Source: a virus
Virus record (IMG/VR): IMGVR_UViG_3300027559_000001
Coordinates: 1 to 39,088 of that record
Strand: one strand, 5' to 3'
DNA: 39,088 bases
Shown: piece after piece, positions 8,966 through 17,028 of the stretch
Layout: every line of letters begins with the position of its first letter
How positions within the stretch are numbered: position 1 is the stretch's first letter
Made by a program: the position numbers and the translations under genes
Notes under the pieces: generated by a model
The model's database searches: none
Seen by the model: the letters and a program-made list of their open reading frames with translations, nothing else
What the model was told of the DNA's origin: nothing

Positions 8966-9508
8966 ATGAGTTTCTCTTCCGACCAGCCTCTATTGTCCAA
9001 TCAGGTACCAATTTCACTTGATATTCCCCCTCCGAATGATCCTCATTTTCAGGATATTATTTCTCTTTTTACTAAAAGAGTTTCCGATATCATCAACACT
9101 AAAGAAGGGGCTTTACATACACTCCAAGAAATTGCCACCTTCCAACAATACTTCTCCTATGTCGATCCAACAGTTGTTCCCCCAGTTCCTCAACCTTTTA
9201 TCTTTCGCCCAGGCTATCGGCGCACATATGATCTAGTCGCCTTATTCGGAGCAGCTATTCCCACAGGAACCACAACCATTGCTTTAACAGGATCGAATCT
9301 GATCGTAACCAATGCGGGATTCCTTGATCCAGTGAATGGTTATACAGCGGCAACCGCTGCGGGACCGATCTATTATTTTAATGGAATTTATCTAGATGTC
9401 CGTTTCGACAACACAAGTTCTTCAGCACAAAATATCATAATCCAAAATAACACGGGTTCAACTCTTACCAGTTGCATCTATAACTTTGAGTATTTGAAAA
9501 TACCTTGA
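8966..9508 (+). CDS. Hypothetical virion protein (180 aa)
   Basis: Long ORF in the structural operon. The alternative-frame ORF 9018..9236 is weaker. Confidence 0.7.
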   Translation: MSFSSDQPLLSNQVPISLDIPPPNDPHFQDIISLFTKRVSDIINTKEGALHTLQEIATFQQYFSYVDPTVVPPVPQPFIFRPGYRRTYDLVALFGAAIPTGTTTIALTGSNLIVTNAGFLDPVNGYTAATAAGPIYYFNGIYLDVRFDNTSSSAQNIIIQNNTGSTLTSCIYNFEYLKIP

Positions 9509-9560
9509 TTAACGCTATGATTTAGCGTAGAAATTATTTTAAACGAACAAGAGAAAATAT

Positions 9561-10085
9561 ATGTCCGACTTCACTGACTTTATATTTGGAAAGAAAGATA
9601 AGCTAAAGAAAATTGATAACTTTGATCCTCGGCAGAAAAAGTTTTTCAATTCTGATATTGAAAATACTCAAGAGCTTCAGCAAGGCGGATATCAAAATGC
9701 ATTAAAAACCCTAATGCAATATCTTGATCCTCAATCAAGCGCTTACGATGACTTTGAGGCCCCTTATCTGCAACAATTCGAAGATTATGACCTTCCTATG
9801 CTTGCTGAACGCTTCGCAGGACAAAGTGCAATGGGGGCTGGTATTATGAATAGTGGATTTGGGCAGGCGATTGGCGGTGCAAGAGCTGGTTTACGGGCTA
9901 ATCTAGCAGGATTGAAATCACAGCTCCAACGTGGATCTGCGGAAGCACTCCTTAATCAATACAATCAGGGTTCAAATCGTGCTCTTAACGCTAGACCTTT
10001 TGATTATGTTAATAAACCAGGTAACCAAGGCATTTTACTTCCCCTTCTTCAAACTGGTATTGGAGCCTTTGGCAAAGGATTTTAA
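9561..10085 (+). CDS. Internal virion / ejection protein (putative)
   Basis: 174 aa, Gly/Ala/Gln-rich. First of three consecutive genes after the nozzle, matching the T7 gp14-16 position. Confidence 0.45.
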   Translation: MSDFTDFIFGKKDKLKKIDNFDPRQKKFFNSDIENTQELQQGGYQNALKTLMQYLDPQSSAYDDFEAPYLQQFEDYDLPMLAERFAGQSAMGAGIMNSGFGQAIGGARAGLRANLAGLKSQLQRGSAEALLNQYNQGSNRALNARPFDYVNKPGNQGILLPLLQTGIGAFGKGF

Positions 10086-10087
10086 GC

Positions 10088-11656
10088 ATGGTTCAGATTC
10101 ATTATTTACCAAAGCAGCAGCGTGATATTGGCATTGAAGCCCTTGGAAGCTCTATTGGAGAGGGCTTAGGGAAATTCACCACAACTTATTTTGCCAATAA
10201 AGCATTAGATAAAGTTTTGAACGACCAAAGTCTGAAAGATAAAGCCTTATCTGAAAAGATGGATAGGCTTGAAAGTGCTACGAGACCTTATGGTGAGTAT
10301 GGTCAAAACATTCTAGCTCGTCGATTGGGAATTGAACAACAACGACATGGCGAGCAAATGTTTAAAAAAGCAAGAGATGTGGCGAATAAGAAAGGTTCAA
10401 CTCCCGCAGATATTCTTTTTTCTCTTATGGAAGCCGGCCAGGGCGTTCCTGGATCGGAAAGATATATAGCCCCTGCCTATGAAGCATTAACACGTCAAAT
10501 GCAAATTAAAGGTGGACAGGATTATAACCCTTATGGCGAAGATGGCTCCCAAACTGCTCCAAGACAAAGGGAAGAAGATTTTGTAGCTAATACAGCACCA
10601 CAAAGAAATGCTCTTCCAAACTTTAGTTCAACGGGTACTCCTGAACCAAACACCCAATTCTTTCCAACAAACAATTTAGGAAATCAAAAACCTGGAAATA
10701 TCCCTCAACCAACCACAGGAGGTGTGGTAAGACCCATTCCTACGCCAGAACAGCAATTAAGAGAAGCTCAGGATCTTTCTAGGAAGTTTAACATCCCACT
10801 TAATGAATCAATTCCTCTTGTCCGCGATAGAGTTCAAACAATTAAAGACTTCAATAATCAAGTCCAATCAGATACACAGAACCGCGTGACTTCTCAGCAG
10901 CGCTATGGCCAATTAGCTGAAGAAAGGCTTCAAAAATATTTACCTGAAGCAACCGATGAGCAACGGGCGTTCTTTAAAAAGAAAGGTGAAGAAGCTTCTG
11001 AGAATTTTAAAAGCGAAGCTGACATAGATCGTTACCTTTCAGGAGAAGTTCGTAAGTTTAAGAATAATTTAACTAATATTCGTGATTCGATTCCGCCCCA
11101 AAGAGCCTATAATATGCCTCAGCAAACTATTTTAGGGACAAATACAGCCTTTGAAAAGAGAAAAGCTGATATTCGCCAAAAGTTAAAACCTCTTTTGGAA
11201 GCTGGTCTCTATGATACTGCTAGAAATACTTTGAGCGAAGTAGGTTACTATCCTGAAGAAAGAGAAAGCATCATTGGGGATTTGGGTGAAGGTTCCAAGA
11301 AAGCCATCGCTCAAATGCCAACATTCCCTAAAAAATATAAGCCAAGCGCGACAGGGACTTTTTCAGTTGAGATCCCGTCACTTGGGGAAAATGAAAAAGG
11401 TATCATAAAAAATACACTTAAACAAGCACTTCAAAATGATCCTTCAGCTAATACAATTTTGCTTAGACGTGCTTTTGAGGAAAAAAATGTTGATTGGAGA
11501 ACTTTTAAAGATGTCTTCAATGAAGTGGTAGATGGAGAAGAAATTCCAGGATTTAAGTTGAGTGATGATCAATTTAATCAGCTCAATACTTTGGAGAATC
11601 CTCCTTTAAATGGACTTGAAAAGATTCTACATGGCCTTCACCTTATAGGTAGATAA
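10088..11656 (+). CDS. Internal virion / ejection protein (putative)
   Basis: 522 aa, low-complexity, Pro/Gln-rich centre. I saw no lytic transglycosylase motif. Confidence 0.45.
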   Translation: MVQIHYLPKQQRDIGIEALGSSIGEGLGKFTTTYFANKALDKVLNDQSLKDKALSEKMDRLESATRPYGEYGQNILARRLGIEQQRHGEQMFKKARDVANKKGSTPADILFSLMEAGQGVPGSERYIAPAYEALTRQMQIKGGQDYNPYGEDGSQTAPRQREEDFVANTAPQRNALPNFSSTGTPEPNTQFFPTNNLGNQKPGNIPQPTTGGVVRPIPTPEQQLREAQDLSRKFNIPLNESIPLVRDRVQTIKDFNNQVQSDTQNRVTSQQRYGQLAEERLQKYLPEATDEQRAFFKKKGEEASENFKSEADIDRYLSGEVRKFKNNLTNIRDSIPPQRAYNMPQQTILGTNTAFEKRKADIRQKLKPLLEAGLYDTARNTLSEVGYYPEERESIIGDLGEGSKKAIAQMPTFPKKYKPSATGTFSVEIPSLGENEKGIIKNTLKQALQNDPSANTILLRRAFEEKNVDWRTFKDVFNEVVDGEEIPGFKLSDDQFNQLNTLENPPLNGLEKILHGLHLIGR

Positions 11657-12933
11657 TGGTTGCACAAATTGTGAGCGCGCTTTCAACAGGTTTTTCTAGT
11701 CGATCTATCGTTAATCAACTTGTTAAACAATTTCCTCAGTATGCTAAACAAATTCGTGCTGCCGAAACCGCTGGATTTACAGCCGATGCAATCTTAAGCC
11801 ATTTAATGGGATCAAAGAATGCTTCAACGCAAGGTGCTCTTACAGAATATGAACAGACAAAGAATAGAGATACAACACGTAAAAATCAAATTACTTCCAG
11901 CCTTGTCGGGACATTAGGAACTACGGCAGCAATTGGAGCAGGAGTTTACGCACTTTCTAGGAGAAATAATACTCCACAAGCGAATAGTTTGGGACCTTCT
12001 GCTCCTATTCCTCCAAATCCTATGAACTTATCCAAAAGAGGCACACCAAATATTCCTGGGGGCGCTTTACCTGCTTTAGAAAATAATTCTGGTCTTCCAG
12101 TTCCCATTACCCCTACTTCTAACATTGCTTTGGCTCCAGCACCCACGAGACAAAAGAATGTAGAACTTGTTAAAAATCTAAAAGAAGATACTCGACTACA
12201 AAATCTCTTCAGTGGTGGTTTGACTCCTGAAGAAGTTTCTGAGGCTCTCCCAAAAATTATCTCTAAGGAAAATTATAATGCATTTAAAAAGGCTCCTGGC
12301 GGCGTTCAGCAAGTAGTTAAAGATTATTCTGATCATCTTCAAGAAAACCCTAAGGAAAAAGACATAAGTCTTGGTGAAAAGATAGCAAGAGCCACAATTC
12401 CTCAAAAAGGTGAAATAATACCCACGCCTTCCGGAAATGCAACAATCAAAGGTGTGGATGACCAAGGAGTCATTGCCGAGATCAATGGCAAGGTTGAAAG
12501 GTTAACTCCGGATGAGGTTGAACCACCCTCAGAAGATGCTATAGAGACAGTTCAAAGATTATTGAAAATCCCCGAATCAGAACGCAGCTCTATCGTCAGT
12601 CTTTTTACCTATGATCCCGACGAAGATAAAATGTATATTCAGTTTCACAATGGTGAAACATATAAATATCTTGGGGTAGATCCTGAAAAAGTTTTTAAAG
12701 TAGCTGAAAAGCACGGCGTTCCGGTATCAAAAGGCAAAAGCATTTTCGGTGAATGGTCCCCAGAGGATAAGAATTCCCTTGGGGCAACATTAATAAAAGA
12801 AATTATAAATGATCCCAAATACCGAAAGCCCAAGAAAGGTGAGCCACCCAATCCAAACTATGTAAAACTGGAAACAATGTATGACTACTGGAAAAACCTC
12901 AGAAAACGACCAAAACCTAAGAAAGGACTTTAA
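11656..12933 (+). CDS. Internal virion / ejection protein with a central TM helix and a C-terminal KTSC-like domain
   Basis: TAATG coupling. TM helix LVGTLGTTAAIGAGVYAL, then a Pro-rich linker. The C-terminus SSIVSLFTYDPDEDKMYIQFHNGETYKYLGVDPEKVFKVAE fits the KTSC pattern. It ends in a basic tail RKRPKPKKGL. Confidence 0.55.
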   Translation: MVAQIVSALSTGFSSRSIVNQLVKQFPQYAKQIRAAETAGFTADAILSHLMGSKNASTQGALTEYEQTKNRDTTRKNQITSSLVGTLGTTAAIGAGVYALSRRNNTPQANSLGPSAPIPPNPMNLSKRGTPNIPGGALPALENNSGLPVPITPTSNIALAPAPTRQKNVELVKNLKEDTRLQNLFSGGLTPEEVSEALPKIISKENYNAFKKAPGGVQQVVKDYSDHLQENPKEKDISLGEKIARATIPQKGEIIPTPSGNATIKGVDDQGVIAEINGKVERLTPDEVEPPSEDAIETVQRLLKIPESERSSIVSLFTYDPDEDKMYIQFHNGETYKYLGVDPEKVFKVAEKHGVPVSKGKSIFGEWSPEDKNSLGATLIKEIINDPKYRKPKKGEPPNPNYVKLETMYDYWKNLRKRPKPKKGL

Positions 12934-12969
12934 GGCTCTTACGGATTTTGCTTATATCCGTAAAGCCTT
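12932..12969. terminator. Long hairpin at the convergent junction (15 bp with one bulge, no U-tract on either side)
   Basis: AAGGCT(C)TTACGGAT - 9-nt loop - ATCCGTAAAGCCTT. It is flanked by 14-nt direct repeats AAACCTAAGAAAGG at 12913-12926 and 12983-12996. Confidence 0.45.
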
Positions 12970-12986
12970 AAAGGGTAATAAGAAAC

Positions 12987-13160
12987 CTAAGAAAGGTACT
13001 TGATACGAAAGAGTTCTTCCTTTAGAAAACGAATCTCATCGTCACGTTGCTTTTCTTTTTGTGCTTTTTCTGCCGCTGAGGCTCCACAGAAATATCCTAT
13101 AAAATAAATGATTGGTCCTAATATCCAACCTAATCCAATGCCATTATTTGAATTTTCCAT
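12987..13160 (-). CDS. Small single-pass membrane protein (57 aa; holin-like)
   Basis: Below the 60-aa cutoff of the supplied ORF track. MENSNNGIGLGWILGPIIYFIGYFCGASAAEKAQKEKQRDDEIRFLKEELFRIKYLS. Its start lies 1 nt after the upstream stop (TAATATG). Confidence 0.5.
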   Translation of the reverse strand: MENSNNGIGLGWILGPIIYFIGYFCGASAAEKAQKEKQRDDEIRFLKEELFRIKYLS

Positions 13161-13161
13161 A

Positions 13162-13395
13162 TTAATACCTACAAAGTCTGTTTTGCTTAGATGCTTGCTG
13201 TTGTTGAAACTGTAATTGCTGCTCTTGGATTCTTACTTGTCTCTCTAACAATTCAGTTTGTTGCTCCTGATAGTTTTGCTGCTGAATTCTGGCACGTTCA
13301 AAAGCATTTGCGTCTCTTGATGGTAAATAATGAATTCTAGCCGCTCCGCAAAAAGCAGGTAATACTAAAGCCAACATTATAATTATGTTTTTCAT
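13162..13395 (-). CDS. Secreted or lipoprotein-like Gln-rich coiled-coil protein (o-spanin-like candidate)
   Basis: GGAG RBS. Signal-like MKNIIIMLALVLPAFCGA with a Cys at the cleavage region. Q-rich helix and a C-terminal Cys. Confidence 0.55.
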   Translation of the reverse strand: MKNIIIMLALVLPAFCGAARIHYLPSRDANAFERARIQQQNYQEQQTELLERQVRIQEQQLQFQQQQASKQNRLCRY

Positions 13396-13397
13396 TT

Positions 13398-13736
13398 TTA
13401 TTTCTCCAATCTTTCAATTTGTTCGTGTCCTAAATACCAAGGGATTCTAGCTAAAAGTCCTTCAATTCCATTGATCCGACTTTCAATCACGGCAACTCTA
13501 GTTTCAATGCTTTGCAGACGTAAATCAAGTGTAGCTACTTTCCCACTGAGTGCATCGATTCTTTTTGACAAACTTTCTTCTACACCATCAATTTTTTGTG
13601 ATAAACTTTCCTCAACTTTATCGATTCTTTTGACAATTTTATCTTCTACTTCTTGTCTAGTATTTTTTTGCATGAAATAGTTTTGAATTAATATTCCAAT
13701 TCCAAAAGTAATAATTGCAATTATTTCTTGACTCAT
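13398..13736 (-). CDS. N-terminal TM plus coiled-coil protein with 11-residue tandem repeats (i-spanin-like candidate)
   Basis: The start at MSQEII (13736) gives TAATATG coupling; the ORF opens at 13769. TM helix IIAIITFGIGILI. Repeats are IDKVEESLSQK / IDGVEESLSKR / IDALSGKVATL. Confidence 0.6.
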   Translation of the reverse strand: MSQEIIAIITFGIGILIQNYFMQKNTRQEVEDKIVKRIDKVEESLSQKIDGVEESLSKRIDALSGKVATLDLRLQSIETRVAVIESRINGIEGLLARIPWYLGHEQIERLEK

Positions 13737-13737
13737 A

Positions 13738-14046
13738 TTATCCCCCATCATGTTCGCGCATACGGTCATTCAACGTAAGCTCATTTTTTATATTTGTAGC
13801 AAAGGACTCAAGGAAACAAAGCTGTTCATGGAGGTTATCCCTATTGACCATGATATAGCGCAGCACCATTAAATCAATCACAGTCAATGTAATCGCGTCT
13901 ATGGTTTGATCTGGTGTCATTCCATTAGGCAAACGATCCATGCGCAACGATACCATTATCTTGGCCATCCTTTCGATTTGGCTAAGCATGCTATTGGCAT
14001 ATCCAAAAACAATATCTTCACCTTCATGAACTTTCTTTATTTCCAT
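13738..14046 (-). CDS. Hypothetical soluble protein (102 aa), first gene of the inverted cassette
   Basis: Clean ORF on the minus strand with a divergent AT-rich region upstream (14047-14181). No motif recognised. Confidence 0.6.
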   Translation of the reverse strand: MEIKKVHEGEDIVFGYANSMLSQIERMAKIMVSLRMDRLPNGMTPDQTIDAITLTVIDLMVLRYIMVNRDNLHEQLCFLESFATNIKNELTLNDRMREHDGG

Positions 14047-14129
14047 AAACCGTTCCTTTTTCGTCTTGGATCATAGCATATTTTGCACATAAAAAAATAC
14101 ATAAATAAAAATGTTCACACATCATTGAC

Positions 14130-14152
14130 AACTTAAATATTTTTGTTTACAC
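14130..14152 (+). promoter_or_regulatory. Conserved intergenic motifs AACTTAAATATTT and TTTGTTTACAC upstream of the fibre operon
   Basis: The 13-mer is shared with 963-975. The 11-mer TTTGTTTACAC (14142-14152) is shared with 29476-29486. Each 11-mer ends 29-30 nt before the first ATG of a plus-strand operon. Confidence 0.45.
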
Positions 14153-14181
14153 GTTGATTAAAATAATTTGTAGAGGTTTTT

Positions 14182-14736
14182 ATGGTACGTTTGAATCAAC
14201 TTTATGGCGTCGATGCTGCTGTCTGGCCAACACTTCCAGCCCCAATTCAAGCTCAAAGAGCACCTGTGAGCGGACAAGATATTAATTATCCTCAAGGTCA
14301 GCCCTGGTTTGATAATTCTCAAACTCCTCCAGTCGGTTATACCTTCGTTGGTGGAACTACAAATGCATGGGAGAGCAATGCAGCCAGTCTAACGGCCCCA
14401 GGACCAATTGGAAGTGTCACTCCAAGCACAGGAGCCTTTACAACGCTAACCTCGACAGGTGCGACAACATTAGCCTCCGGAGCTGGCGTAGCAGCCAAAC
14501 TTGGAAATTCGACAGGAACGCTTGGGTTTTTTGGAGGGACTGGAACAACAAAAGCTACACAGGCTGCATTGACTAATAGCGTGACCGCTGGAGGTACTAC
14601 AGGCACGATTGCAAATTATACGGACCTGACGGTGTATGCCAATGATTCCAATGCAATTCGCAATGACATTTATCAGCTTTCATTGGCCCTTTCCAATGTA
14701 ATCACAGCTCTTAGAGCTTACGGACTATTCACCTAG
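14182..14736 (+). CDS. Fibre-like virion protein (184 aa, Gly/Thr-rich)
   Basis: AGAGG RBS. IGSVTPSTGAFTTLTSTGATTL and LGFFGGTGTTKATQ motifs and the C-terminal ALRAYGL are typical of phage fibre/adaptor proteins as I recall them. Confidence 0.55.
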   Translation: MVRLNQLYGVDAAVWPTLPAPIQAQRAPVSGQDINYPQGQPWFDNSQTPPVGYTFVGGTTNAWESNAASLTAPGPIGSVTPSTGAFTTLTSTGATTLASGAGVAAKLGNSTGTLGFFGGTGTTKATQAALTNSVTAGGTTGTIANYTDLTVYANDSNAIRNDIYQLSLALSNVITALRAYGLFT

Positions 14737-14740
14737 GACG

Positions 14741-14917
14741 ATGATGAAAAAGAAAGTTGAAGCAAAAAAGATGCATAAGGTCATGGACGAATGGAAAGAA
14801 GGAAAGCTTCATTCCGGATCCAAGAAAGGACCTGTAGTAAAAAATCAAAAGCAAGCAATTGCAATAGGACTAAGCGAGGCTCGCAAAGCTGGCGCAAAGA
14901 TTCCTAAGAAGAAATAA
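14741..14917 (+). CDS. DUF6496-like small basic protein (58 aa)
   Basis: Below the track cutoff. MHKVMDEWKEGKLHSGSKKGPVVKNQKQAIAIGLSEARKAG matches my recollection of the bacterial DUF6496 signature (EFK.G.LHSGS......RKQAIAIALSEAR). Confidence 0.6.
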   Translation: MMKKKVEAKKMHKVMDEWKEGKLHSGSKKGPVVKNQKQAIAIGLSEARKAGAKIPKKK

Positions 14918-14940
14918 AAAACCCCGTTTGGGGCGGGGTT
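14912..14940 (-). terminator. Minus-sense intrinsic terminator in the fibre-locus gap
   Basis: AACCCCG - 7-nt loop - CGGGGTT. In minus sense the stem runs into TTTTTTATTT. In plus sense AAAAGC follows. Confidence 0.5.
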
Positions 14941-15028
14941 AAAAGCAAGGCCAATCCTAAAAAAGGATCACTTTTCCTTAATGGGTGCCCATAATTTAAC
15001 AATTTGAATTTTTTTATACAAGGTAAAA

Positions 15029-15166
15029 ATGGACAAGCTAATTAATAAAGTCGGTAAAGACCTTAAAAAAGGCGATAAGGACATTAAAGTTCTGAAGAAA
15101 GCTGACAAGAAAATGGATAAGAAAATGGCCGAATGCAAAGCCAAAATGAAGAAAGGTAAAAAGTAA
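15029..15166 (+). CDS. Lys-rich micro-protein (45 aa)
   Basis: MDKLINKVGKDLKKGDKDIKVLKKADKKMDKKMAECKAKMKKGKK. The stop overlaps the next ATG (TAATG). It could instead be non-coding. Confidence 0.35.
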   Translation: MDKLINKVGKDLKKGDKDIKVLKKADKKMDKKMAECKAKMKKGKK

Positions 15167-15495
15167 TGGGAAAGCAGATTGAGTATCTTCCAAGAGCTTC
15201 GATTAATTCAGCTACTTTTACAGGAAGTTATCAAGCTTTAGGTTCTCCCATCACGCATGCGGGAACGATTATAAAGATTGTTAATAATAGTACTGTAGCA
15301 GTTGATGTATCAGTCGATGGCGTTAACGATCATGATATTGTTCCTGGTATGTCATTTACTCTTTACGACTATACAGCAAATTCTCCTTTTACTGATGACC
15401 CAAGCTATAGAAAGCTAGGAACTCAATATTACGTAAAGGGCTCTAGTGGAACGGGTTCTGTTTACTTAGTTGTTCAATATATCGTTAACCTGTAG
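15166..15495 (+). CDS. Hypothetical fibre-locus protein (109 aa)
   Basis: Clean ORF, predicted beta-rich, no motif recognised. Confidence 0.65.
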   Translation: MGKQIEYLPRASINSATFTGSYQALGSPITHAGTIIKIVNNSTVAVDVSVDGVNDHDIVPGMSFTLYDYTANSPFTDDPSYRKLGTQYYVKGSSGTGSVYLVVQYIVNL

Positions 15496-15500
15496 GTATC

Positions 15501-16358
15501 ATGTCGCAAGCTGGCGGTTTTGGAACGGGGGGAAGCCCTCCAGTCACTTTCCCGATCACAGTTCCAGAGGGGGGAACTGGACTAACGACAGTTGTCCAGG
15601 GTGATTTGCTTTATGCCCCATCCTTGAATACGCTCGCATCTTTACCAAAACCTGCGATCCCCGGATCAATCCTGACCTATAATGGTTCGGTTCCTAGTTG
15701 GGGTTCTTTAAGTACTTCCATGTTCATGCAAGATGACTTCATTAGTGGAACGACGATGGGGATTCTTGGATGGGTGAACGTAGCTGGAGGAGGAGGATCT
15801 GTTGATCCGGGAGCCCAGCTTTCAACACCTAGCCATCCAGGAGTTTGGCTCTTAAGAGTCGATGGTTCTTTTGCTTCTGCATCAGTCCAGCAAAATACCG
15901 CCATCACTTTTGGGGGCGGAGCAATGACTATCGAATGGATTGCCAAAAACGTCCAGTTAAGCACTTCTACAAACCGTTTCAATATTCAAATCGGAACAGG
16001 TGACGTTTTCAATGGAAGCCCAACCCAAAACGGCGTTTATTTCTTTTATCAGGATAATGTCAATAGTGGAAACTGGCAACTCATTGCAGTAAACGGGGGA
16101 ACAGCGACCACAACCAATACGACAACCCCAGGGGATACGAACTTCCATCGTTTCACTATTGAAGTGAATGCGTCAGGGTCAAGTGCAGAATTCTTTATTG
16201 ATGGTGTCTCACAGGGGACTGTCACCTCCAATATTCCTACGACTAATCTTACTTCATTTCAGATTCAAATAAATAACACTGGTCCTTCTACTAGCACAAA
16301 CTGTGATCTTTGGCTAGATGCCTTTTCTGCTTATCAACTATTCACAACGTCGAGGTAA
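15501..16358 (+). CDS. Tail fibre / receptor-binding protein 1
   Basis: The N-terminus MSQAGGFGTGGSPPVTFPITVPEGGTGLTTVVQGDLLY...SVPSWGSL is a classic fibre anchor pattern. The C-terminal beta-sandwich (lectin-like) region is GWV...HPGVWLL...FFIDG. Confidence 0.65.
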   Translation: MSQAGGFGTGGSPPVTFPITVPEGGTGLTTVVQGDLLYAPSLNTLASLPKPAIPGSILTYNGSVPSWGSLSTSMFMQDDFISGTTMGILGWVNVAGGGGSVDPGAQLSTPSHPGVWLLRVDGSFASASVQQNTAITFGGGAMTIEWIAKNVQLSTSTNRFNIQIGTGDVFNGSPTQNGVYFFYQDNVNSGNWQLIAVNGGTATTTNTTTPGDTNFHRFTIEVNASGSSAEFFIDGVSQGTVTSNIPTTNLTSFQIQINNTGPSTSTNCDLWLDAFSAYQLFTTSR

Positions 16359-16360
16359 TA

Positions 16361-16480
16361 ATGTCACAAATTCCTTACCATTATGATGAAATTATTCGTA
16401 TAATTGAATTAGAGCGAAAAGAAAAATTGATTAAAGATGTAGAAGAATCAATCGGGCAAACCGAAATCAAGGACGTGTAA
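16361..16480 (+). CDS. Micro-ORF (39 aa) between fibre genes
   Basis: MSQIPYHYDEIIRIIELERKEKLIKDVEESIGQTEIKDV. It sits tightly between the two flanking genes. Confidence 0.35.
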   Translation: MSQIPYHYDEIIRIIELERKEKLIKDVEESIGQTEIKDV

Positions 16481-16482
16481 AG

Positions 16483-17028
16483 ATGTCACAAGCTGGCGCT
16501 CTTACATCTAGCAGTGGGCCTCCTCCTCCAACACAAGAAATAACATTCCTTAATGATCAGGATACCAGTTCAACCACGAGTGGAGATGTATTAAATTTAA
16601 TTTCCGACGAATCTGATTTAAATAATGAAAATGGAATTTTTGTATTAGGATCTGGAAACACTTCAACTATCTTTCTTTCTAATCGAATTTCTGGAACGGC
16701 AACCACTACCACCGCAGGGACAGCCAATCTGGTTAGTCTAAATCTTGGGTCGAGCCCTGGCACCTTTGTATTTGACATTCGTGTCTGCGGAGTGGATACA
16801 ACAACGCCGGCCGGTTCAGGCTATAGCATTTTTGCCACATTTTATACGAATGGATCAATGGCAACTTTGGTTCAGGATGCGGACCGTATAAATCAGGAAA
16901 GTCCCCCCGTGATAGGGGGCTTAGCAACCATGATAGCGAGCGGAAATACCGCCGTCGTCCAAGTCACCGGTGTGGCAGGAGAGACTATTAACTGGAATTG
17001 TGTTGGTAACTATACGCAGGTGAACTAA
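16483..17028 (+). CDS. Tail fibre / receptor-binding protein 2 (shares its N-terminal anchor with 15501..16358)
   Basis: MSQAGALTSSSGPPPP. The first 16 nt (ATGTCACAAGCTGGCG) differ at one base from 15501-15516. Confidence 0.6.
   Translation: MSQAGALTSSSGPPPPTQEITFLNDQDTSSTTSGDVLNLISDESDLNNENGIFVLGSGNTSTIFLSNRISGTATTTTAGTANLVSLNLGSSPGTFVFDIRVCGVDTTTPAGSGYSIFATFYTNGSMATLVQDADRINQESPPVIGGLATMIASGNTAVVQVTGVAGETINWNCVGNYTQVN

Noticed and set aside
14133-14145. TATTTTTG match to the Bacteroidetes -7 promoter consensus (TAnnTTTG)
   Set aside because: Only one of the three motif copies fits. The genome uses strong Shine-Dalgarno sites (AAGGAG, GAGGAG) throughout, which is atypical for Bacteroidetes hosts.
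13736-16500. Recurrent MSQ N-termini (13736, 15501, 16361, 16483, plus recT at 23915) as a shared signal
   Set aside because: Only 15501 and 16483 share extended nucleotide and protein identity. The others share three codons at most, which is compatible with chance.
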